From the NCBI GenBank assembly GCA_012295275.1, contig CM022679.1, positions 9,052,001 through 9,116,000 of the forward strand: a stretch of 64,000 nt of DNA, in the 5' to 3' direction. This DNA comes from Chrysomallon squamiferum (lineage: Eukaryota > Animalia > Mollusca). Positions 39,580 through 52,444 of the stretch are shown piece by piece. The notes under the pieces are model-generated. The model searched no databases and was not told the DNA's origin. It saw only the letters and a program-made list of their open reading frames with translations. The position numbers were made by a program, and so were the translations under genes. Numbering within the stretch: the first letter of the stretch is position 1; every line of letters begins with the position of its first letter.

Positions 39580-42070
39580 ATGCCAGAATTAAAAATAGAA
39601 GGGTATTTACAAGAGGTGGTTATATTTTATTAAAATAAATTTTAAATTGTCCACATAATTAATAATTTGAAAAGGTTGAAATGTAGCCTATATAATTAAC
39701 ATGATATTATATAAATGAGATTTTCTTGAAAACAAAAATTAAAAAGAAATATGATGTTTGCAATTTGTTCTTTAAACAGAAAGAGTAAGCCATTTTTAAT
39801 TCTTCAACTTGAATATAATAATAAATTTGACAATTCTAATTTTTGAAGTTTAACATTAATTGTAAGCATATACGTTTTATTACAAAAACATATCATACAT
39901 ATTATATCAACCAAATATGATCTGAATCATTACTTTTTTTATTTTCAAATATTTTAGTATTTTTAATTATAAGTTACCGAGTTAATTTTTCATTATTTTT
40001 ATTGTTATATATATATATATATATATTTTTTTTTCTTTAGATACTGAATGATGAAATTAATCGTGATGATAAATTCCTGGAAACTGAAGATCTAGAAAAA
40101 TTATTGTTAGATGAAAATGGAGGTGAAACACCAAGAACTGATATATTTGGTTATCCATCTTCGCCATTGTATCGTGAACTGGCCAACATGCTGCAGTTAT
40201 GGATGAATAATAAGTGTGTGTTTAAATTCCTGAACAGAAAACAGCCAGTGATTTTGGTATCTTTGTCAGATATAAACTTTGGGATTACTTTGAAATAGTA
40301 CAGTAACATGAAAAGTAATTTAGATCCATATAAATATTTCTTATTGATGGTTATTATTATAATTTTTTCTGTGAACTAAAAGATCTTAGCATTATTCTGT
40401 GCACCAAATATAAGAACTACAACCCCTTCAAATAATTTTTTTTTTAAATGTTCATTTAAAAATGTGTATAATGTTGAAATCATAAATGGAAAATAATTGT
40501 CTATCATCAAAGTGTTTTTTTTTGTGTGTGTGTGTTTTGTTTTTCTGTAACCAGATCCAAGTGATGTTTAGATATTATAAAATATAATAATTTTTTTTTT
40601 TCATTGATTTTATTTTCCTAGCTTTGTGTTAAAACAGTATTTCATCTATTCAGGGTATTTTTTTTATTTAATAAATTATTTATTTGCATATGCAGAAGAT
40701 GTCCAATTTTGGATTTACCGAAATATGGTTTACTGAAGGAAACAGAGTATGAAGAAACCAGGTATGTTACATACAGTCTATCGTAGATGTAATATAAACA
40801 AATATTTAACCTAAGCAGACATACAGATAATTAATTTTTCCATAAATTAACATATTACAGGGCTGCCAACATGGCCTCCATCAATCCCTTGCTTGAAGGT
40901 TTGCTAACACTGTGGGAAATCTGGACTCGTGAAGAAATAAAATTTCGAATCAGAGAAGTGATGCTGGTAAATTTAAGATATGTTATATATGTCGTTACAT
41001 ATATCCTGACCTTTCATAATTGTCACCATGTCAAAATATGTTCTCATAAAAATGAGAGGTAAATGAGTCATATTATTCATTACAATATATCAGTATGAGA
41101 AAAGTTCTTTTTAAAGTGAAGGTTATGAAATGGAAGTCTGAAATTATTTAAAAAATAAACAGTGATAATGAATATTGGCTTAAGAGAAAACATTCTGGTC
41201 CAGATTATCTGACCAAGTTAATAGGCAATATTGAAATGACCCATAATCTCAGAAGGCGGCAAAAGTATTTGGAAATAAATATTATAAAGTATGGGTTAAT
41301 ATTTTTTTCATTCATATATCCTTACAATACTTTTGCATTTCTTTATTTTTTTTCTAGCTGATGGGAAAAAGAGGCTTGCTAGATTTACTCGGAGTTCGGA
41401 AAACTGTTGGGTCTATAGACATGTGGCCAACTTGCAGAAAAAAACTGATTGCTTCATTTGTAGAAAAACACAAGTAATTTCAAATCTTATTTTCTAACAA
41501 TACATTATTATTATTTTTTTTTTTTTTTCACTTGTAGTTGTTTTTTAGGGTGAGGTTTTAGTTGTTGTTTTTCTTAGATTTAGTACAGTTTGAAAGGTTA
41601 TGAAAAAGAAAAATGTAATAGTTTGTGTTGTATTTTCAGCACAAACTCTCAGTTAGGTGTTGGAGCAAGAGCACTTGCAAAACACTGTCACAGAGATGAA
41701 ACAGCTTCCTGGTGGGGAGCATGCACTGGAAGTAGGTTTTCCAGATCCTTTTACACAGCTTGTTATATTTGTAAACTAATGTTTTTAAAAGTCTTTTTAT
41801 TAAATATAATGTTTTCTGTACTGTAAGTCTGAAATGTCTTATTAAATAATGTAATAGTTACACAAAACTTGATGTGACACATAGAGAGAAGAGATCTATC
41901 AATTTTTAATGCATTCTGATATATGGGTGCATATAATTCTGCAGACAGATCTGTTTTTGCCATTTGTATATAAAACAAAATAAAAAAATATATTTGTGGT
42001 AATGGACATTATTTAATGAAACTGACATTACACTGATAACATTATTTTTCACAAATAATAATATTAATAA

Positions 42071-42123
<53 letters not shown>

Positions 42124-43625
42124 CAGGTACTGGACCAATTATCCGCAATCCTTGGGGCCTGAGGCATTCTGGATTTCTGGATTTTCTGGTACCAAGGCAT
42201 CTAAATATGTAAATAATTAGGCATAAACATTTTAAAATTAAAAACAGAAATAAAATTGATGATACACAACTGTGGCAACTCGACACATAAACAATGTGGC
42301 AAGTGAATGAATGCCATGTGGCTTGAAAGAGTAGTTCTGGTATGGTGAGGACAACACCCACACACGCAACAATGAAAATAGCATCGGGAAAAAACTTCCA
42401 GTTTTCTGGTCTTTCTGGATTTTAGGGCGCTGGATAATTGGTCCAGTACCTGTAGTAATAATAATAATAATAATAATAAAACTGCTTAACCAGTCAGTCA
42501 GTGAAAACATGAGGACTAATGCAAAAACATTGAAAAAAAAGTATTTACATATCCATATAATCTTGGCTTGGTTTTCATACATTAACTATATTCTTTGATC
42601 TAAATAAGTCCATTTTCAAAAATCTCTGCATTGCATTTTTGCCTTCATTTAACATCAATTATAAAAACTGATACCATAACATACTAATTTTTCTATCTTC
42701 CCCAAATTTTTATCAACTGCCTGCCTAATTCTTTCACTTTTAAAATGAGTTTATATCACTGTTGTTTGGTTTCTGTTTACCTTTTCACTCAGGTGAAGAA
42801 AACAAAAACACTCATGCTTTGACGATTGTGTCAAAGATTCTGGATCATGCAGCTTGGATCAACATTCACTGGCTTCCTGTGAGTCTAGGGTCTCCTAGAA
42901 GTTTATTTCTGTTCAAGAATGCTTGTTAAATATTAATTCTCACGAAATCTTTCAGAGATTTTCATATTGTTGATCCCAGATAAAATTGGACAAATTTTAT
43001 TATGTAACATTTATATAAAAAAATTCAGTTCAGAAGCACTTAATTTGTTAACAGTAATTTAATATTTTATATTTATTACTTATTTTATAATGTATATATA
43101 TATATATATATATATATAATTATTATTTTAGAACTTAGCCTGACCCAGGTATTGTTCAGAAATTAATAAGTTGGGAAAACATTTTTTGACAATATGCATA
43201 TCCAGTTTTGTATCTGGTAAATACGTTTTGTTCATTTCTACCTTTTTTCCCGCAGCATGATATTTTTCTGCTAGAAGTACGGCAAACTGAAGGTAACAGT
43301 TAAAACTTTGTGTTAAAAAATAATAAAATTAAATATAATATTTTAAACTTTTACTAGTTGTAGGAAAACATTTCAACTTGACATACGGATGAACAAAAAT
43401 ATTAATAAAATATATTTTATTGAAAACAACTTTTTAAAGCAATTGAATAGATTCAAATTTATTAATTATAAAAGTGTATTATATAATTAAGCAAGTAGTG
43501 AAGTTTTTTTTCCTGTATTTTTTTAAATAGGTTATGGTGCAAGATGGTCAGCTGATGGCTCCATGTTCCGAGGTTTTCTGGAGCCACAAATGATTGGAGG
43601 ACACGATGTTGGATGGAGACATTAA
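39580..43625 (+). CDS. uncharacterised conserved protein, 268 aa, 9 coding exons; C-terminal GARALAKH...GYGARWSADG..FRGFLEP domain
   Basis: Exons 39580-39615, 40041-40213, 40696-40761, 40861-40966, 41358-41473, 41640-41731, 42793-42878, 43256-43292, 43531-43625 total 807 nt, are all GT-AG and phase-consistent, and contain no internal stop. Start context acaacaATG; the first exon is the least certain. AATAAA at 43936. Confidence 0.85.
42124..42452. mobile_element. MITE / non-autonomous Tc1-mariner-pogo type DNA transposon, 329 bp
   Basis: perfect 21 bp TIRs caggtactggaccaattatcc / ggataattggtccagtacctg; TA on both sides (42122-23, 42453-54); inserted in a (TAA)n tract. Confidence 0.9.
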
Positions 43626-44984
43626 AATTCATCTGAACTGAGATAGCAATTTTACACAGAAAACGTCAAACGTGAGCTCCAGTCCACACGGTCGTATTTA
43701 AAAAGACAATTCTTGTATTTTTATTTAGACACGAATATCAAGAAACATCCTTGAATGTCCAAGCAGTGTGGTTGCACTCTCTGAAGATGAACTAAGTGAC
43801 TATAGATTATTCTTCTAAAAACATTTTGTATTCCTTCATATGTGATCCTATTTCAAAGGTGTTTGTGTATATCAGTTTTCTGTGTTAGAATAGTGAACAA
43901 ACGAGCATTTTGACATTTATATATGCACCTGATAAAATAAAAGTTACTATGTAGAAATTAATGAAAAAACAAAATGTTGGCAAAAATGTTTTATTTTTAC
44001 TCTAGTGAATTAATTTTAACAGCACATAGAAGAAAAAAAAAATTCTATGCATTGGTAAAATTCATTTAAAAACAACTGATCACTGTTTTGAGCAGTGAGA
44101 ACCCAAAACGCTATTCCTTCAAATACCCTGTCTGTCTCACATGACAGACGTAACTACATTGTTTTTCTGAAGTGACAGCAAAAATACAAAATTTTATGAA
44201 GCAGATTTGGTCAAATTTAATTAAAAAAAAACAACAACAAACCCAACAATATCTTTGCCCCCCTTCAACTAAAATTAGTGTAAAATTGTTTTAATATTTT
44301 TTACTTTCTGTAAGCAGAACCCTGTCACATCGTCAATTATGTTAGAAAGGTCTAAGAGTACTGAACTATTTTCAGTTTCACTAGTGTTTAATAAACAAAT
44401 AGTATGTAGATTTTTTTTTAAATTGCATCTTTCATGCATATATTTCAGTTTTGTGATGATATGGGTATCGGAACTCTACTGTTGTGAAAAGCAAAGATGG
44501 CAGTGCTAAAATGTTTTGTAACCATATTATTTTCTTTCTTATTAGCCCGTACTTTGTTATTAGTCAGAACGTATAATCTGTTTACTCAGACCGTTTATTT
44601 GTATCACCAAAGTATGCTACAAATATAAACACTACTGCAGACTGGCAGAATTGTTTCCAGAATAATGACAATTCTGAGAACTAGTTTCAGTACCAGCGGA
44701 TGGTTTGCAGATGTGAATAGAACAAGACTAGTTATGCTGGGCTATTTGTCCTTTTGATTCTTCACAAAACTGAAATGAAAATATCTGCCATTCATCTCAG
44801 CAAAAAAAATAAATAAATAACAATAATCATAAAAAATAATGAATTCACATAATGAGTTTCAATAATTAGCTGAAGAAATGGTTTGATTTCTTAACTCTGG
44901 TTTATTGTTAAACAGGAAAATCAGTCTGGTTATTTCTTTCACAATAAACATCAACTGTTGTAAAAACCGTCTTGTAAAGGAGTC

Positions 44985-45021
<37 letters not shown>

Positions 45022-45263
45022 TTTCTACATGGAAACAAATGAAAAACAAAATAGAATGTTCTGAATTAGATTGAAGAAAAATGTATTTGCTTCAAATGTC
45101 AACAAAAAAGGAAAACAAATTGCTTCAACATGATCATGGATGAATACTGAACAACAATGAAAAAAGTTGATGTTTCACAAGAGAAAGGTGATGGAATATT
45201 CTTCGAATGTAAGTTATTTTGTTTAAAAAGAACACGAATAAGATGACAGCGCTGGTTTCCTCT

Positions 45264-48200
45264 TCAGAAAGCCGTGTAGTTGGGATTGCCTCCCATGACA
45301 TTATTTGACATTCCTCCTCCCATTCCACCACCAATCCCTCCACCAAATCCACCTTTTCCTCCTCCACCGCCATAGCTGCCCATATCTGCAAAATGAAACA
45401 ACAATGTTAGTGCGAGAAAACCCAAAACCAACAGATGAATCCTTAATTCTAATTAATGAAGATGTTGACCGAAAGTTTACTTGTAGAAAACCAATTTGAA
45501 AGAAAAAAAAGAAGAAAAAACTGTTTCTCTTCTACAAAGTATGTTATTGGTTAGTAGCCCTGAATTTTAAAATTACATAAATAAACATTCATGAACATTT
45601 AAGCAGTTTTATAATTATTTCTGAAGTGATTACAACAATGTGGTTAACACAGAAGACAAAACACTTGCAGGAACTATTATTCAAGGCAAAACTTTCTAAT
45701 AAGCCATAACAGTTTGAAAACAGCTGAACGGCTGAGTAACAAAATCTCAAAAATTAAAAAAAATGGTTGGTTATCAAAAAAATACATATGGTTAATGCCA
45801 TGATGTTTTACTCTCTAATGCAAAAATTCAAATTAGTAAACATCCAACTGTTTCCCATACAATGCAAAAAATTTAGTATCAATTTTTTTTTTTCTTTTTC
45901 TTATTTCAAATGCAGTTTTCTCAGATTAAGATAAACCTCTTGTACTAACCCCTAGAGAGAAATAGTAAAAATATATTACTACATACTGCTGAAATTTCCA
46001 CTGCCTCCGGAACCACCGAAATTTCCAGAACCACCAAAGTTTCCACTCCCACCAGATCCATAATTGCCACCACCACCACCACTGTAGCCTCCACCTGAGC
46101 CAAATCCTCCACCCATATCATTGCCAAAACTTCCTCCACCCATGTTGGAAGTAAAATTTCCTCCACGTTCAGGTGTGGAATTTAAGAACAGTTCAATGTA
46201 ACGATGTTCTGGAAACAAAACATTAAATGAGGGAATTAAAAAAAAAAAAAAACAACAACAACAACAAACAGTTAACTATGATTATGTTTTTGAGTTTAAT
46301 AAAAGCACTGGCTTCTTTATTAAATATACAGATGTAATTAAATATACTGCAATGCCAGCAGTAAAAAACTAGAGTTATGAAGATTACTAAATAACCCAGA
46401 AAATAGATGTTTAGATTTCAAAAGTTGAAATAATTTCTTAATTTTCACTTCAAAGGTTTAAACAAACATGTTTTCAATGGCAATAAAAATTACTGTGTAA
46501 TATTTTAGAAATATAAGCAAAAATATTAGTTCATTACACTCGGACAAAAAACATAAATTAACATACGCATATTTGTTTTGTGTTTCTTCATAGCTTCAAC
46601 AGCATCTTGGTGTGTAGCAAAATCAACATTAGCCTCTCCTGTTGGTCGGCCATTTGGTCCATATTCAAATTCACATTTTACTGGACGCAATGGCATAAAA
46701 AACTGGAAAAAAAATTGGTGACACAATGTATTTTTTTTTTATGTTAATGAGAATTAGAAACCGTTTCAACATTTTATGAAGGGTCTAATATTTTGTAGAG
46801 AATATTTACTGTTTTCATTGTGATAGAAAATTTTAATTCTCAGGTATGAATTTGCATGCTTACATCCCCAATATCTTGTTCAATGGCCTGAAATGGCAGC
46901 CCTCTCATGTGAACAGAATGGCCGGTACCACTAATATAATGACTTCCTGGAGTCTGTCCTCTCTCCCTGGGACCATCATTTGGCATCATTCGCCCACGGC
47001 CACCACGCATACCCATACCACCACGACGATTTCCTCCTCCAAAGCCCATGCCACCTCCATATCCATCATAATCATCAAAATCATCATCGAAATAACCTGA
47101 AAATTAACAATTTCACAGTACAGAATCAAACAACACCACAGCATCTCACAATGTCAAAAGTCTGCATAAAAAAATGAACCAATTACTCAACTGGTAATAA
47201 AATAATCCTTTAAGTATAGCACAATCAATATAATTAAGACAACAAATTAGAAATCTCTGAAAAAACTTTGCTATTTCTGAATATTTTCAAATGTTATATA
47301 CAAATTTCTGCCAGTACCTTTAACATTTCTTCCTCCTCTTCCTCGCCCATATCCACCCATGCCTCCCATACCCATGCCCATTCCCATACCACCAAAGCGT
47401 TCAGCTCGGTCATATGGACTTGGTCGCATTCCCATGCCACCCATAAGAGGTCGAATTCTTGACTGACCCATGGCAGAACAGGCTTCACTCAAACTGCTCT
47501 TAAATATTTCAATATACCTGTAAAAAAACCATTAAGAAATCAATTAACTCATATCACAAAACAGCAAAAAGAACCAAAAAAACCACAAGCAATCAAAACT
47601 TTGTATTCCAAACAAACAATATTAAAAAAAAAAAAAATTATCAGTTAATATATATGGAAATCTACCACAGATTATTAGTTTGTTTATTCAACAGACCACC
47701 CAAACAGTGTTAAGTTTTTAGAAATTTGTTAATTAAACAGAAGTAATGTATTATTGAGAAACTTCAGCAAACATACTCTTTCATTCTTATCACACAGACT
47801 CTTTCTATCTTAAATGTTTTCCATTCGTATTTGATTATTTCAGATTCAAAAAATAAGGTAAATGTGTGATTTTTAATTTCTCAATTTTTTTTTCTTCCTC
47901 AGTCATCAGAATGAAAAATATAACCTTTTTCACACATTCACACTGCAGCAAAAACACATGCAGTATAATTTCCGGTCGTATCTTACCCAAACAAGATTAT
48001 CAACTTAATCACAGGCCCATGTTGCATTATGATACCCGTATCACAGTGTCAATGGACTGAACATTTCAAATATACATTTCAGATTCAGTTCTGTTCAGAA
48101 GCAAGTGACATATATGACTCTTACCCACATAGCAAACATTAAAAAAAAAATAATAATAAAAAAATTGTTTTAGACACATGACGGCCCGTAAAGTAGTACT

Positions 48201-48703
48201 TGCAACAGATACATTACGAATGGAATTCATTTTCAAACAGCATTTAAAGCATGAAATAAAGAATTGAGCCATCAAGCATCCAAACCCGGCCTCAAGGGAC
48301 CCACACCACTCCACCCATCATCTACAGAAAATTGAAAATGTTGCCATCAATAGGCTGACTGACGAAGCCCCGAAGGCCCATCCTTCCCACCTGTGCCCAA
48401 TTCTTTCCTTGTGTTTACCCAAGGCCCTTTCTGCTATTTCTTGTGTAGCAAACTGGACATAGGCCTCCCCAGTGCTGCGCCCCTGTCGATCCTCAGGTAG
48501 CATTATCCCATTAGGTACAATCTCCAACCCTATGAACCCACCCAAAAAACAGAGCATCAAGTCATTTGCATATATGGCCCCATATGAGGCAAACAATTTA
48601 TAAATCATACACCAATCAATTTTACAATAATCTTCAGTAATATTAAACAAAAAGTAAACATTTAATACAACCACCACGTTTAGTTCAATTAGAAACAATA
48701 TCA

Positions 48704-48750
<47 letters not shown>

Positions 48751-50966
48751 AAAGAAAAGATAAAAAAGTAATTTGGATTTTGTACACTTCTAAAAATTAA
48801 AACAAACTAATTAACCTGTCAAATTAAACTTGTATTACAAAATTGTGAAACTTTATTGTTACAGTATTTTTATGTTATTGCTGAAATTCAAAACTGTCGG
48901 TTAAACTTCTAAAATTAACGCAACCAGCATTCCGTACTTCACAATTCATTATCTATTCTCTCCATCTAAGCTATTTTTCCTCCCACCATAATTTTTTGTT
49001 CAGTCAAGTTAAGCATAAAATACACGAATCTGTTGGGTTTTTTCTTTGTTGTTGTTACTGTTTGTTTTTATATTTTGTTTTGTTTTTTAAATAAAAAATT
49101 AATTCAATATTATACAACAGTACGAGTACCTGTGAAAAACTGAGCTATTTCTTCCTTTGAACATCCAAACGGAAGTCCACGTAACCTTACAACAGCTTCA
49201 TTTAAGCTTGGCTGATTTGGACCTGCACGCTTTACCACCCATTCCATTTCACTCTTTTTGGATCGAAACACTGGAAGGAACAAATAAATATTTTTCCAGT
49301 AAACAAGATGTAAAGATGAAATAAATACTTATTTTAATATAACAACAAATTGGTTTATTTATACTGAAATAAGTTAAACAATTCATTAAAAATTTACCTT
49401 TCAGTCATAATTTTTTGTTTTTGTTTTTGTTATTGATTATTGCATATATTTTTTTTTTATATTTACAATACAGTAACAGTGAAAAATGAGAGAAAAAATT
49501 AATAAAATAAAATAAAAAAAAATAACAAACATACCTTCTATATATCTTGAACCCATGTTCTTGTTATGTTTTTTCAAAGCCCTTTCCACATCCTCTTCAG
49601 ACATAAATTCAACAAAAGCTTCACCACTTGGCCTGCCTTCCCGTGAGAAAGTGAAATGCACATGATGGATTCCACAACTATCATAATCTGAAAAAAAAAT
49701 TAAAAAAATAAAAATTTAAATCATGTCAGATCATAATTTTTAAATTATGTTTTAATTATGCAGTTAATGACATAATGGTGATGACACATTAATAATATAT
49801 CAAACATATTAACAATCTTTTTACCACACACTTTAGGAATGATAGTACAAGTAGTAACTAACTTTTATCAAGCAATTCGGTAAATATTCACCAAATTTTC
49901 TTAACTTTCAACAAACTGTTTTATTTGACTAATATCAACCCCTTTCTCATGTTCTGCCTGCCATTTATTGTTTTTGATATTATGGCAAATAATCAATTTA
50001 GAGCAAAAAATTGTTTAGTTTTTTCAAAAAAACTGAAACTAACACAAACAAAACATTAAACAACATATTTGCTTATTCCAGCCTAAAGCATCTCTCTCAG
50101 AGAAAAGCTAAAATTAATTATTAAATACAGAACAAGCATGCTGCTCTTTCTTACTGTTCAGGATTGAAAGTTGAACAGGATGCAAGGAGTTAAACAAATA
50201 GGCACTCACCTGGTTTTGTGTCTTCATTACCATCTTCTGATTCTGAAAAATAAAAATTTTATGCATAAAAATTTTAGAAAAGAAAATAAAAACAATATAA
50301 CAGTGTCATATTCCATACTGATTCAGTTTGTCTTGTTTTTATTTAGAAATATCAAACGTAATTTTTACTTTCCTCTGTGCTGATGCTAAATAGATAGCAA
50401 TGCAAGCTATGGATCATCAGTGATTAATTATGCATATATTTTGGAATAAAGGTTATTAAATTTTATGTATATTTTGTCTAAATATACCAAATTTAAAAGA
50501 AAAAAAGCCAAGAATTTTATAGATTATGTATGTATGATGAATTTTTGTGTCTATGATTTACAGTTATAAAACCATTATAAAGCATTCCTGAACACATTTC
50601 CTAAAATTTAATGTGATCAAAATTTAAACATAATTTTTGCATATCCATCAGCATCAGTCTGACAACCTTTGGGAGCTAATGTTAGGATCAACATAGCTCA
50701 AACACTGTCATGTCACTGAAATGCCAGATAATTTTGTTTTAATGTCTTTGTTCCTCATATTTTAATATATTTATAAAAATTGACAATGAAACTGATGCTT
50801 GGAGGAAAATGAAAAAAATTATTAAATAAAAAGAAAAAACAAGTGTTCAAGTCAATTATTCACAAATTATTGAAGTACCTGCAAAAAATTTAACAACATC
50901 ATCTGGAGTAGCTGACCATGGAAGGCCCCTCAGACGACAAACACAACCTTCATCCTCAGCAGCCAT
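45264..50966 (-). CDS. HNRNPH: heterogeneous nuclear ribonucleoprotein F/H family (glorund-like); 3 qRRMs plus Gly-rich regions; 477 aa (488 aa with microexon)
   Basis: Exons 50966-50879, [50242-50210], 49687-49535, 49270-49130, 48529-48391, 47517-47318, 47096-46864, 46702-46567, 46208-45987, 45385-45264 are phase-consistent. Motifs [84 protein letters not shown]. Confidence 0.95.
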
Positions 50967-51747
50967 TTCTGTAAAAATATAAAACTTTTTGATTAATAAA
51001 CTGGCAGCATTTACATCATTAAAATACTTACTGGAATTGAAATAGATTATTTTTTTGTGGAAATAAACTGTGCTAAATTATTATTTATAAATTATTTTTA
51101 AGACACCTGATTTTTTTATTTATTGTTATCCATTTATTAAAAAGTGCTAAGACATTTCCCCCTGCCCAACAACAGTAATTATATTCAATACTGTGTCTGT
51201 CGTAAGCTACATTTTAAATTTTTATTTCACCAGGATCCAGCTGTCGGCAACTACTCAAAACTGTATGACAAATTACTAAGAGAAAAATGCAACAGAAATG
51301 TATGAACATGTAATGGTGCCATCAAATGCAAAAATTATTACTGTTCACCTGTTATCTTTGTAGAACTGATAATTTTTCAGTTTGCTATTTATTTATTCAT
51401 ATTTGTCAACTTTCTTTGAAACACGGAATTTTTTGTACGTATTTTGTGTTTAAAAAGTACCATTGTGAAAAAATCTTAATACAAATTTGAGAAATAAACA
51501 AAATTTACGCGAAAAGGCATTTACATTTTAACATTGTTAAAGCGAGCTTCGTCTGTTCTGGGTTACTGTTTATTATTTTATTATGACGTAATTATTTAAA
51601 ATAAGTTGTTCATACACAGAATTCTACCATTTAAATAAACTACGAATGCAGATGCGGTAACATTTTGAATATAATCGTCTTTAGCGTCACTTGTCTCAGC
51701 AAACGAACGCAAATTTGAGATTATGGCGTTATGAATTTAAGACTTAC

Positions 51748-52444
51748 GAAGTATGAGACAAGATGCATTTTAATAGTAAAATCGTTTCGTTTATCTGAAA
51801 ATATATGTTTGCATTCAATATGTCTCTAAACCAAAAAAGTTCATTAAAATGGCCACTATAGTAAAACATGCGTGCGACCATTACGGTGATTAGCGCACCG
51901 CCATTTTGTGTCTTCCTATATTCCACATGTGCATAATTGTTTAATACTATTTACATTCATGTAATAAATAATTCATTTAAAATGCACCACAATGAACGAG
52001 TAACTATTATTACATATTTTCAAATAGAAATGTCTTTTGAAATCCAGCGACAATTGTGTTTATACCTGTTTAAAAGAGGAGAACGTTTAACAACAGCTCA
52101 CAAAAATGGCGGCATCAACAGAACATACGGATTTTAACGAACACGCGTTAATTTGTATATTTAAATATAAATTAATTTTTTAATAACAGGATTAAATACA
52201 AGTTTTATAATCAATTTTTAAGTTGTCTCTGAATACTTAAAACATAAATCATTACATACATTACTACTTCCGGTTTTACGTAAACATCGACGAAGCCATT
52301 GTTTTGATGTAGAACAAATTAAAACCACACAAAGAAATCTGTCATCATCGGCCCAATGCAACATAAATATTGTTGCTTTCGTTAGTGAAATTATATACGA
52401 GACAACAAGTATCACCTGGAGATTTTTATTTTGGTGTTAAAACT
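51748..52444. promoter_or_regulatory. bidirectional promoter region between hnRNP F/H (-) and MOB1 (+), including probable 5' UTR exons
   Basis: Raised CpG content. YY1-like AAAATGGCG on the minus strand (~51899-51908) and plus strand (~52102-52113). ETS-like ACTTCCGG at ~52266. A minus-strand donor gtaag at 51747 ends a non-coding exon. Confidence 0.65.
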
